64,000 nucleotides of DNA from Trypanosoma brucei. Lineage: Eukaryota. The first letter of the stretch is position 1. Each line of letters starts with the position of its first letter. The stretch is from positions 2,560,001-2,624,000 of the forward strand of contig CM000208.1 in NCBI GenBank assembly GCA_000002445.1, written 5' to 3'. A program made the translations under genes and the position numbers. Under the pieces are notes generated by a model that was given only the letters and a program-made list of their open reading frames with translations, had not been told where the DNA came from and did no database searches. This document shows positions 44,030 through 54,016 of the stretch, one piece after another.

Positions 44030-44102
44030 GCCCCCGTAGCCCAATGGATAAGGCGTTCGCTTCCTAAGCGAAAGATTGCGGGTTCGAGTCCCGCCGGAGG
44101 TA
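44030..44102 (+). tRNA. tRNA-Arg (anticodon CCT). One acceptor-stem mismatch (C4:A69), so it may be a variant or pseudo-tRNA.
   Basis: GCCCCCGTAGCCCAATGGATAAGGCGTTCGCTTCCTAAGCGAAAGATTGCGGGTTCGAGTCCCGCCGGAGGTA. Anticodon stem TTCGC/GCGAA with loop TTCCTAA. T-arm GCGGG/TTCGAGT/CCCGC. TTTT downstream. Confidence 0.65.
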
Positions 44103-46332
44103 GTTTTCCGGTGCAAAAACTTGCGGATATATGAGATGGTCGCGCGAACGTGGCAGAAGCCGCAGCGGCGTTTGGATTTGGCGGGTCCTTTTTGCGGTGA
44201 ATGCTTGCGGGTTCATAAAACATCCGCGTTGAACCCCGTTTACGCGTGTCGAGGCCGGGGCATACAAATATGACGCCACTTCTTTGGCGCGGCTCCTCGA
44301 GGCTTGGTTGGTTACGCAAGCTCCCAAGCCCGCGGCGATTCGTTGGAAATTTGAGGAGAGGCCCCGATGTGTTCGGCGCTGGCGTTGAGGCCATTGCGAC
44401 GGAAGCTCTACCGGATTTTTGTGTTAAAGGCGCCACAAGTCCGCAAAACCCACTTCACCCTCTGTCGATGCGTTGTTGCGCCAACCAGGGTGGCACAGGG
44501 TGGAGTGGGGGGGGGGGGGGAGAAAAAGATAACCTGTTTTTCGGCGTGTGGCCACACAGTCATGGAGTTTCTTGTACTCAAGCCACGCTTTGCCTTATGA
44601 ATTCTTTCTTTAGGCCCTTGGTTTGTACGATGTCCACTGGCAGGGACAGGGGTTGAAGAAGTCACAACCATAGGAGATGACGACGGTTATTATCATTATT
44701 ATTATTATTTTTTTTTTTTGCGGGGGGCTTTGAAGCGCAGAGACACACACCAATGAGCACGTGTATGCGGTTTCCCCCAAAACTTTCCCCATCCGAGTGT
44801 GTTGCTCCGACGGATTGCCTTACATTACTGAAATTCACGACCGTAAGGGTGAGTCCCAGCCGGCTTCAGCGGCCGCACTGGGGGAGGGGGGAGAGATTAA
44901 GTTGGTCGGGTTTTCTCTTTCCACGCCATCGGCAAACAGCAAAATGGGCAACAGGGGTTAGGATACTCTGCAGAGACGGATCGTACGGGAAAGAGGGGGG
45001 TGACACATTTGCCTTCTAATTCAACACTTGACAATGGCTACGGGAAATTGGGACCATTTTGATCCTCTTGTTCCGCCGAACAACAAAACCAGAAATAACT
45101 ACCCGTTGCCACCTTCAGCGGCTACATATATATATATATTTATGTAAATTTATATGAAGCACACACCGCAGCAACCGGGGCTGTGCCGCTCGGTTGCCCA
45201 TCCACTTTTTTGTGCGTGGGCAACTGGGAAATGGAAGGGAAGGGAGGGGAAGGGTGATGTGTGGAGGAGAGCTCAGGGGATGCCATTCCTTCATCCATCA
45301 AGGGGACTGATGTAATATTTGAAAATGTTACGCGAACCTTCCCACGGCTGCCTCCTAACCTTCCGCCACGTTCTCATCTGCCATAGGCAAATGAAGGTTG
45401 CGGAGCCAAACGAGCGGGGCAGTGCCCTTTACGTAGTCTTTTATCTTGAGCAGACGGAACCGGAGGACGGGAAGGGAACCGTTACACGCGGGACGCGTAG
45501 TTGTGTGCCACAGGCCGTCATTGCCGTTGATATCATCTGCTCCATCTCGGCCATTCCATGTCTAGCCATCAGAGACGACCCCGACCCTCTCTCCACGCGC
45601 TTCTCACTTGCGAGACAAATGACACCGTTTCAAGCTTCTTAGCTATTCACATGGTTCCGATACAGGGGTGCCGAGCCGACTCTCCTCCTCTTTCCGCCGT
45701 GGCCCAAGTTTCGTATCACTTCCATCGAAGTACATGGGTTCGCACTTCGGCCTCGCGTGGATAAATGCCTCTCTCGTCTTAAAAAAAAAAAGAATTGCTT
45801 TGTTTCCTCTCCCCGCGGAAGCGAATATGGGGTGTCCCTTGCTTCGTCATGCAACCTCCTTGACAGGCGGCGGTTCTTTCAAGCTTTACTCTTCGCAAGG
45901 GGGAAAACGTACATGATGATATGATCATTCAAGGACGCAAGAAAAAAGGGGACACCCACACATATACGTATATATACATATTTTTGTACATGTGTCAGCG
46001 CATCTGCATATCATGTCTTGTGGTAAAAACGATGTGCTACAGCTGTTGGGCCTTCCCTGCGAGGAGGAAGTGTACGCTCGTAATTTCAACCCCTCATTTG
46101 TCTACTGAGCACGCACTCATGAGAGGAATGGAAGGAAAGGGGGGGGGGGGGAAAGTAAAACTATGAGGCGCACGGCACATACACGCAGGAGTAGAAATAA
46201 CGGCCACACGTTTATGCTTGACGTCGTCACTGCGACAATACCGTCAGCTTTGGGCCAGCAGAAAAACAACACTCCTTCACCACGCGTGTCCACTTTAACC
46301 GCGGCAAAAAAAGTTCTGCACCTGTTGATGGG

Positions 46333-48045
46333 TTAACGAGGTGATGAAAAGTGCCTCAGAAGTTCTCTTAGTTGCTCAGAACGTACGGCGTCGTGCGTGT
46401 AACGCTGGAGGTCTCCTAAGATCTTTGCAAGCACCTCATCGCGAGTCCTTCCTGACCATCCCCAATTGTCGTATTGCCTCCGGAGCTCCGAATCCTTGAG
46501 AAACCGAAACGCAATTGATTCCCCCAACTCGCCCTCTTCACTGCCCCCTTCCAATGGCGTGACGCCTTCGCCCCTCATGTCGGAGTCTTGTACATCACTT
46601 CCCACTGCTTCTGGGGTTGCCAACAACTCACCTTCATCCAAAAATCTTTCTTTGGGGGCACACGGGCTCTTCTTCCCTTCTTCCTCATCCTCATCCTTCC
46701 ACTTCGCACCATCGGAGAAACTTACATCGACAACCGGCGAATGCTTCTGCAGCGCAAGTCGCACAAGATGCAAAACACTCTGCTTGTTTTTCGTCTTCAA
46801 AGTGTTCACCTCAGCGGACTGATATCTTTTCGGTTGGTACTGCATCACGTTTCCACCATAGAAAAGATTATATTCTTGAAAAAGTTCGTGGCGACAGAGA
46901 TCTCCACAGGTGGGACGCTGCTGAGGGAAAAAGGCAAGGCAGCTGGATATCAAATCAATCCATTTCTGCTGCCGATCCCGCGTTGTGTGCAATCGCCACT
47001 GCTCGTTCATCATTCCAACCAATCGTGAGGGACGTGGAGCGCTCCGGAGGAGATAATTTTGAGCGTTTCCCACAGGCATGAATCTTCGTATATCATCATG
47101 GCTAGGTGTCCCAACAATGTTAAGAATCACTTCTAGTTGTGTGCTAGCAAGTTGTCCATCCCACACCCCTTGTTCATTAAGGGCGGATTCAACATTAAAC
47201 AAAGCTTTCCCTGTAACCATTTCGAAAAGGATGCAACCCACCGACCACACATCAATCGACGGCTCCCCTCCCGAGACATTGGTAACGATCTCAGGTGGCC
47301 TGTAATAGCGCGTGCAGACATAAAAGGTGTCACTTGCTTGGGCGTCCCGTGCAAGGCCAAAATCGGCTATGAGCGCCGTTGATTTGTATGGATCTTTACC
47401 ATGCAAACGAACCAAAATATTTTCTGGCTTTATATCTCTGTGGACGATATTACACTTGTGCAAAAAATCCAAACCAAAACATATCTGAAATGCAAAAACA
47501 ACAGTGACCAGCTCAATGAATTCATCTGTCATGGCCGGTTTACTGCCTGAAGATGATACGTGCTTTATAAAATAGAGCAAGTCACCCTTCATCAGAGGCA
47601 TCACTATATGGAGACTAAATTCGTCCTCTCCGCTCAAGCGATTCACCATAGAAAGGACTTTATCATGGTATTTGGAAAGCTCGTCATTGCGGCTTTGATT
47701 AGGGTATTGAGGCCCTGCGGCGTCGAAGCGGCGGGCGTCCACCAGTGTCGTTGCCCCGTCCCTACCACCTTCATCCTGAGAGAGCACGTTGTCAGCACCG
47801 CTTGGGGTCGCAAACATGTCAAAGTACCCAATCACGTGAGGATGAGCGTCATGGAGGAAAGACATTATATCTATCTCTCTAACGAGGCGGGCGCTTTCCT
47901 GGTTTACAAAGCGCGAAGGGATTGTCTTCACGGCAACATGTTCTCCTGTGAAACGATCTACGTGCTCGCTCACAATACCGAATCCACCCTTGCCAACGAC
48001 CGCAACGTGCTCATACCGCCAAGCGAGTAACGGGACATTGTGCAT
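46333..48045 (-). CDS. Serine/threonine protein kinase, CMGC-like (MAPK/CDK-related) catalytic domain with long inserts.
   Basis: Kinase subdomains are present: VGKGGFGIV...VAVK, HRDIKPENILV, DFGLARD, YVCTRYYRPPE, DVWSVGCIL. Confidence 0.8.
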   Translation of the reverse strand: MHNVPLLAWRYEHVAVVGKGGFGIVSEHVDRFTGEHVAVKTIPSRFVNQESARLVREIDIMSFLHDAHPHVIGYFDMFATPSGADNVLSQDEGGRDGATTLVDARRFDAAGPQYPNQSRNDELSKYHDKVLSMVNRLSGEDEFSLHIVMPLMKGDLLYFIKHVSSSGSKPAMTDEFIELVTVVFAFQICFGLDFLHKCNIVHRDIKPENILVRLHGKDPYKSTALIADFGLARDAQASDTFYVCTRYYRPPEIVTNVSGGEPSIDVWSVGCILFEMVTGKALFNVESALNEQGVWDGQLASTQLEVILNIVGTPSHDDIRRFMPVGNAQNYLLRSAPRPSRLVGMMNEQWRLHTTRDRQQKWIDLISSCLAFFPQQRPTCGDLCRHELFQEYNLFYGGNVMQYQPKRYQSAEVNTLKTKNKQSVLHLVRLALQKHSPVVDVSFSDGAKWKDEDEEEGKKSPCAPKERFLDEGELLATPEAVGSDVQDSDMRGEGVTPLEGGSEEGELGESIAFRFLKDSELRRQYDNWGWSGRTRDEVLAKILGDLQRYTHDAVRSEQLRELLRHFSSPR

Positions 48046-48388
48046 GACGCTTTTTACTACCTCTCCTTTTTAGATGTTCTCTGACCTTTTGTGCGCGGTT
48101 ATCGTTACACATGTATGAAACGCGATGCCCCCACCTCAAACGCACCCTCACGCGCACAGTGAGCAGGTGTGCGTGTGAAAGAGGAGAGGGGTTGGGAAAG
48201 AGAGCGGTTTACGAACCAATGCCGCGGGTGTTGTAGCGTTGAAGTAACACCATATATCAATGAGGGGTCTGGGTGTAGCACACATACCTCGTTTTTTGTG
48301 CTCTTTATTCATTTCGTTAGTTACGTTGGCTCAGTTTGATTTCCCTTTTCCTTTCTTTACCAGAACCACACGGACCTTCCTTCGCCTT

Positions 48389-50443
48389 TTAACCATCGTT
48401 AGCCTTCTCCTCCTTGTCTTTCTTCACCTTCTTCACTTTCTTCCTTTTGTCGAGGAGTGCGAATGCAGCGTCCAACTCAGCTAGCTGCCTTTGACGGGTT
48501 TCTTCCTCCTTTTCCTTCTTTAGTGCAGCAACATCTTTTCCAGCACCTTCTCGGGCGAGGCGGCTGTTCAGCTGCTTCTCTTCCGTCGCTATATGTCGTT
48601 CCTTTAGCATTTTCTTCTCCTGCTCCTCAAACTCCCTGCGCACTTTATTCTTATAGTCGTTGAGTGACCCGTTAAACGGACGGACATTCTGGTTACCCGC
48701 TTCCCATATCTGCATATCTGTCTCTTCAATCAAACGCGCGTCGTGAGTAACAACCAGAACCCCTCCTTTAAAGTTTTTAATTGCATGACAAAGGGCTTCA
48801 ATGGATTCCACATCCAAGTGGTTCGTCGGCTCATCAAAAAGGAGGAAGTGAGGTTTCTCAGCGCTAATTGCAGCTAACGCTACTCGTGCCTTCTGCCCAC
48901 CGCTTAGTGTTGCAATCTGGTTCTTGTGCACGATACCTTCCAGGCCAAAGCTTCCAAGCTGGCGTCGCGCCTTGTCCTCCTCGCGGATTCCAAGGGACTG
49001 AATGAATTCCACCGATGTCTTTTCCAGGGGCAACTTGTCAACGAAGTGTTGATTGTACCGACCAATGCGGACTTTTCGATTCATCGTGATAATACCCTCC
49101 GTGGGCTCCAATTGCCCCGTCAAGAGGCTCAGCAGTGTACTTTTTCCGATGCCATTGGGGCCGCAAAGTGTTATACGGCTGTCGGCCCAAAGTGCACAAC
49201 TAACCTTGTGGAAGAGAACCGGACCTCCAGGATAGTTAAACGAGACATCCTCTAGCTTTACTATGTAACCATCTGGCAGTTCCGGCGGCTCGGAAAAGGG
49301 GAAGTTGACGATATAGTCGCGGCGTTTCTCCAAATATATTGGGTCCAGGCGGCCGGTGCGCACTTGGTCTTTAATCCACTCATCCACCTGAGCATTCGAC
49401 ATGCCATTGCGCTTTTTCTCGTTGATGGTCTTGTTGAACGTTGCATACTTCTTGTCGATCTCTTGGTGTCTTTGGCGCAGTTGTTCGTCGAAGCCACTGA
49501 AACCGCCACGGTAATAGTTCAGTTGGTAGTTTTCAACGTGAACCATGTGCGTGCACACCTCATCCAGGAAGCCTGCATCGTGCGAGACAACAACCAGAGT
49601 CTTTGGTCTCCGCGCCTTTTCATTATACTGCTCACAGAGGTATGACTCCAACCAAATGACGGCGTTTAAATCCAAATGGTTTGTCGGTTCGTCCAACATG
49701 AGCACATCGGGCTCAATGAAGACGGCGGCCGCCAGGGCAATGCGCTTGCGCCAGCCACCGCTAAAGCTGCTCGTTGGACGCTCATGCCACTCCGTAGGGA
49801 AGCCCAACCCAAACAGAATACGCCTGGCACGGGCCTCGGCCTGTGCAGCACCCATTATATCCAGCTCTTCCTCTAAGAAGTTCAGGCGCTCCATCTCTTC
49901 ATGGGAGAGTTCCGTCTTTTCATGAAGTTGGGCTGCCTCACTTGCAAACTCTCTTTGCTTTTTGTGGCTTTGAAGAACAGCCTGGACGGCGCTCACCTCG
50001 GACTCATGAAATTCTTGTTCCTGCTCCACGAGTAACAGCTCCAAATTTGACTGCACAGGGAGCTCCCTTGAACTTAGTAGCCTAAGAATAGTAGACTTAC
50101 CACGGCCGTTCGGCCCCATCAACCCGTACCGTGCGCCCGCCGACAACCGCACTTGTGTGTCCTTGAAGAGAACTTTCCCGTTAACAGACACGGCAACACG
50201 CTGTAAGGAAATGTCACGAGACCCCTCAGTCCCCTTGTCGTGTTCCCATGTCACCGAAAAGGGATTGTCACCATCCTTATTAACGCAGTTTGCTTGCTCT
50301 CGCAGCTGCCGCTGTTCTTCTAGTAGCTTTTCAGTCCTCTCTTGCTTTTTGCGGTCCTTCCGAGAAAGAACTGAAACCTTCACATCACTATCACCCAAGA
50401 CATTGGCATCTCCCACACATCCAGCAGTACTAAGCGAAGACAT
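48389..50443 (-). CDS. ABC-F family ATPase (two nucleotide-binding domains, no transmembrane domain; GCN20/ABCF1-like translation factor).
   Basis: Two sets of Walker A (GPNGRGKST / GPNGIGKST), ABC signature (LSGGWRKR / LSGGQKAR) and Walker B (LMLDEPTNHLD / LLFDEPTNHLD) motifs. No hydrophobic TM segments. Lys/Glu-rich C-terminus. Confidence 0.85.
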   Translation of the reverse strand: MSSLSTAGCVGDANVLGDSDVKVSVLSRKDRKKQERTEKLLEEQRQLREQANCVNKDGDNPFSVTWEHDKGTEGSRDISLQRVAVSVNGKVLFKDTQVRLSAGARYGLMGPNGRGKSTILRLLSSRELPVQSNLELLLVEQEQEFHESEVSAVQAVLQSHKKQREFASEAAQLHEKTELSHEEMERLNFLEEELDIMGAAQAEARARRILFGLGFPTEWHERPTSSFSGGWRKRIALAAAVFIEPDVLMLDEPTNHLDLNAVIWLESYLCEQYNEKARRPKTLVVVSHDAGFLDEVCTHMVHVENYQLNYYRGGFSGFDEQLRQRHQEIDKKYATFNKTINEKKRNGMSNAQVDEWIKDQVRTGRLDPIYLEKRRDYIVNFPFSEPPELPDGYIVKLEDVSFNYPGGPVLFHKVSCALWADSRITLCGPNGIGKSTLLSLLTGQLEPTEGIITMNRKVRIGRYNQHFVDKLPLEKTSVEFIQSLGIREEDKARRQLGSFGLEGIVHKNQIATLSGGQKARVALAAISAEKPHFLLFDEPTNHLDVESIEALCHAIKNFKGGVLVVTHDARLIEETDMQIWEAGNQNVRPFNGSLNDYKNKVRREFEEQEKKMLKERHIATEEKQLNSRLAREGAGKDVAALKKEKEEETRQRQLAELDAAFALLDKRKKVKKVKKDKEEKANDG

Positions 50444-50490
50444 TATCCTTCAATATTACCTCGCAACAAGTTCAAACAAACAGACAAAAA

Positions 50491-50635
50491 ATGAATCAGT
50501 TTCAGTAAAAGAAATGAAACAGGCGGGCAGGAAGGGAAAGGAACGTGAGGTGGAGTCGGTTTTCGAATGCCGTACCACGTTTTTCCATCCCCCATGCCTC
50601 GTCTCCTCACATTCATATGTGACACAGGACATCTG
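50491..50635 (-). repeat. 145-bp direct repeat, copy 1 of the HSP83 intergenic/polypyrimidine element. Here it lies immediately upstream of the ABCF start.
   Basis: ~97% identical to 53249-53394 (atgaatcagtttcagtaaaagaaatgaaacaggcgggcaggaagggaaagg...catatgtgacac). On the minus strand it is a polypyrimidine tract. Confidence 0.85.
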
Positions 50636-50650
50636 CAATGATATGAAGAT

Positions 50651-50693
50651 TAATAATAATAATAATAATAACAATAATAATAATAATAACAAT
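50651..50693. repeat. (AAT)n microsatellite in the HSP83 3' flank.
   Basis: taataataataataataataacaataataataataataac. Confidence 0.9.
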
Positions 50694-50998
50694 AGCGGTG
50701 ATGATAATTGTAAATATACACACACACACACATATATATATATATTTACTCATACCTCTCCGTGTAAAAAACAATTAATAATCACTGTTAGAAACGACAG
50801 TAGGAAAACGAGAAAACAAAACAAAAACAAAACACCCTAACTTTCCGCTTTCTCACCCTCACATACTTTCTCAAATGGAAAGGACAGAGGAATCCGTCTG
50901 CGCGTGAGGGAGAGAAAAAAAAAAGAGAGGGGGAGAGTGAAAACACGAAACGAAAAACGTCAGATCATATAGGTGAATGTGTATCACACGGCTGCCCA

Positions 50999-53113
50999 TC
51001 AGTCCACTTCCTCCATACCCGACGCACCAGTACTGGAGTTGGCGGCAGCAGCGGCAACGGGTGCCTGCGCTTCCTCCTCTTCCGCATCATCGTCGAGTGA
51101 GAGACCCAATTTGATCATGCGGTGGATACGGTCAGCGTATGCCGTGGGGTCATCAAGTGTAAACCCGGATGTCAGCAGCGAGGTGTCGAAGAGGAGGAAT
51201 ATCAGGTCCTTGGCGGCCTTGTCGTTTTCGTCGGCCTCCACGCGTCGTTTCAGCTCCTTGACGATGGCGTGCGTGGTGTTGATCTCCATGGTCTTCTTCG
51301 ACATCATGTACGCAGACATGCTGGAGTCTCGCAGAGCCTGGTTGCGCATGATCTGTTCCATGTGTGCACTCCACCCGAACTCTGATGTCACGAGAATGCA
51401 TGGTGATGTTGCCAACCGGTCGGACACCACCACCTTCTCCACTTTGTCACCAAGTACCTCTTTCATTGCCTTGCACAGCCGCTCGTATGATGCCTTCTCT
51501 TCTTCCCGCTGTTTCTTCTCTTCCTCCGTCTCCTCGAAGTGTACACCCTCCTTTGTGAGGCACGCGAACTTTTTGTCCTCAAAGTCCTTCACTTGCTGCA
51601 TCACATACTCGTCGATGGGGTCAGTCATGAAAAGTACCTCCATGCCGCGGCGCTTCGCCTGCTCGATGAACGGAGACGTTTCGAGCTTCTTCTTGCTGTC
51701 ACCCGTCACATAGTAGATGCACTTCTGACCATCCTTCATGCGTGTCACGTAGTCCTTCAATGTCGTCATCTCCTCACCGGATTCCGAACTGTGGAAGCGC
51801 AGCAGTTCCATCAGCTTCTTGCGGTTTGTGCTGTCTTCGTGGATGCCCAGCTTCACGTTCTTGCTGAACTGTTCGTAGAACTTCTTGTAGTCCTCCTTGT
51901 TCTCTGCGAGCTCCTCGAAGAGCTCCAGGGCCTTCTTCACAATATTCTTACGGATCACCTTGAGGATTTTGTTCTGCTGCAGGTTCTCACGGGAGATATT
52001 TAGTGGCAGGTCCTCGCTGTCCACCACACCGCGCAGGAAGCCGAGCCACTCGGGGCACAGGTCCTCACAGTTGTCCATGATGAACACGCGGCGGACGTAT
52101 AGCTTGATGTTGTTGCGCTTCTTGTTTGGTTCGAACATGTCAAAGGGTGCGCGCTTCGGGAGAAATAAGATAGCCCGGAACTCCAGCTGGCCCTCCACGG
52201 AGAAGTGCTTCGTAGACAGCTGCTCTTCCCAGTCGTTCGAGATGGCCTTGTAGAAGGAGGCGTACTCCTCCTTTGTTACATCTTTCGGGTCGCGCGTCCA
52301 CAGTGGCTTGTGCTTGTTCTGCACCACAAACTCCTGCTTCACTTCCTTCACCTTTTTGGTTTTCTTTTTCTTGGCATCGGCATCATCGCCGTCCTTCACC
52401 TCTTCCACCTTTGGCTCCTCACCTTCCTCAGCCTTTTTGGCGGCCTCTTCGTCTTCGTCTTCATCTGTCACCTCCTTCTCAGTGGTGTTCTCCACCATTA
52501 ACTCGATGTCGTAGCCGATAAATTCGGAGTGTTTTTTGATGAGGTCCTTCAGCCGCCGCTCCTCCAGGTATTCCTGCTGGTCTTCCTTCAAATGCAAGAC
52601 GATACGCGTACCGCGCTTCAGGTCACAGTCGGGCGTGGAGGTTACAGTGAAGGTACCACCTGCAGAGGATTCCCACGTGTAGGCATCGTCCTCGTTGTTC
52701 TTCGACACAACGGTTACGCGGTCTGCGACAAGGTAGGCAGAGTAAAATCCGACGCCGAACTGCCCGATCATGCTCATATCGCCACCGGCCTCCAATGCCT
52801 CCATGAATGACTTGGTACCGGAGCGAGCAATCGTACCAAGGTTGTTCACCAGGTCGGCTTTCGTCATACCGATGCCACTGTCCTCCACCGTCAGTGTCTT
52901 ATTTACTCGGTCGGGGATTACGCGAATGCGCAAATGGGGTTCATCTCCGAGCACGGACTGGTTCGTCAGACTCTGGTACCGGATTTTGTCGCACGCATCT
53001 GACGAATTACTAATTAGCTCGCGAAGAAAAATTTCCTTGTTTGAATAGAAGGTATTAATAATAAGGGACATTAGCTGATTGATTTCAGCCTGGAATGCGA
53101 ATGTCTCCGTCAT
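50999..53113 (-). CDS. HSP83: Heat shock protein 83 (HSP90 family), cytosolic.
   Basis: 704-aa translation with the HSP90 N-terminal ATPase motifs ([37 protein letters not shown]), a charged linker and the C-terminal MEEVD. The sequence matches T. brucei HSP83 as I remember it. Confidence 0.95.
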   Translation of the reverse strand: MTETFAFQAEINQLMSLIINTFYSNKEIFLRELISNSSDACDKIRYQSLTNQSVLGDEPHLRIRVIPDRVNKTLTVEDSGIGMTKADLVNNLGTIARSGTKSFMEALEAGGDMSMIGQFGVGFYSAYLVADRVTVVSKNNEDDAYTWESSAGGTFTVTSTPDCDLKRGTRIVLHLKEDQQEYLEERRLKDLIKKHSEFIGYDIELMVENTTEKEVTDEDEDEEAAKKAEEGEEPKVEEVKDGDDADAKKKKTKKVKEVKQEFVVQNKHKPLWTRDPKDVTKEEYASFYKAISNDWEEQLSTKHFSVEGQLEFRAILFLPKRAPFDMFEPNKKRNNIKLYVRRVFIMDNCEDLCPEWLGFLRGVVDSEDLPLNISRENLQQNKILKVIRKNIVKKALELFEELAENKEDYKKFYEQFSKNVKLGIHEDSTNRKKLMELLRFHSSESGEEMTTLKDYVTRMKDGQKCIYYVTGDSKKKLETSPFIEQAKRRGMEVLFMTDPIDEYVMQQVKDFEDKKFACLTKEGVHFEETEEEKKQREEEKASYERLCKAMKEVLGDKVEKVVVSDRLATSPCILVTSEFGWSAHMEQIMRNQALRDSSMSAYMMSKKTMEINTTHAIVKELKRRVEADENDKAAKDLIFLLFDTSLLTSGFTLDDPTAYADRIHRMIKLGLSLDDDAEEEEAQAPVAAAAANSSTGASGMEEVD

Positions 53114-53248
53114 CTTGGCCGTTTATATGTTATCTCTCTGTATGTGCGGGTGTCGTATAACAAGTGCTTATTTTTATCTACACTATACCTGGTTATTCAA
53201 CGAAATTTCACCGCAGTTAGTGACAGAAACGCGAAGAATAGGGCATTT

Positions 53249-53394
53249 GATGAATCAGTTTCAGTAAAAGAAATGAAACAGGCGGGCAGGAAGGGAAAGG
53301 AACGTGAGGTGGAGTCGGTCTTCGAATGCCGTACCACGTTTTTCCATCCTCCATGCCTCGTCTCCTCACATTCATATGTGACACCGAACAATTT
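53249..53394 (-). repeat. 145-bp direct repeat, copy 2. It holds the HSP83 upstream polypyrimidine/trans-splice region.
   Basis: Near-identical to 50491-50635. It lies ~135 nt upstream of the HSP83 ATG on the coding strand. Minus-strand sequence ...cctttcccttcctgcccgcctgtttcatttcttttactg.... Confidence 0.85.
53261..53300 (-). promoter_or_regulatory. Polypyrimidine tract (trans-splicing/polyadenylation signal) upstream of HSP83.
   Basis: Minus-strand CCTTTCCCTTCCTGCCCGCCTGTTTCATTTCTTTTACTG ~150-190 nt upstream of the ATG. The same tract at 50500-50539 precedes the ABCF ATG by ~60 nt. Confidence 0.55.
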
Positions 53395-54016
53395 TTACTT
53401 TTTTTGTTCCTTTTTTTTTTTAAGGTACACTTGTATAAACGGTTTATTATTTTTTTTATGTTAAGTTTCTTTTACGTTTATTTTTGTTGTAGTTCTAATT
53501 AAGTGTGAAGTGTGGAAGGAAGTGTCGTGAGTTTTTTTTTTACTTCGTATCGTTGTTCCTTTTTTTTCCCCCCTGTTGTGGTGTTTTGTTTCATAATCTT
53601 GTTCCTTTAAGGAGAAAGGAAGATGAGGAGGATATCAACGGTACTCATTGTGTACATTTGTTGTTTCTTTTGTATTTGTAATACCAACAATTTTCTTTCG
53701 TTATTTTTCCTTTTTTTTTCTCGTTGTTCATTACCTGCTTTTTTTGTATTTCGTTGTCGAGTTATATATATGTATGTTTTGTGTTAACGTGTAAAATACA
53801 TAAATGGTTGTGTACACGCACACTAGCATTGATATATTAACCGAATAAAGTGTACAATAAACGAGATGGAAGATACTAAAGAAGGGGGGGGGGAGAAATG
53901 ACAGGATTTCTGCTCAATTGCGACAAACGAATAGCGTGGTAGCATTGCTAATTGCTCTCCTGCAGATCGTTTGTGCTTACGATACAAGTAAATTACACTA
54001 AAAATAAGAACCTTTG

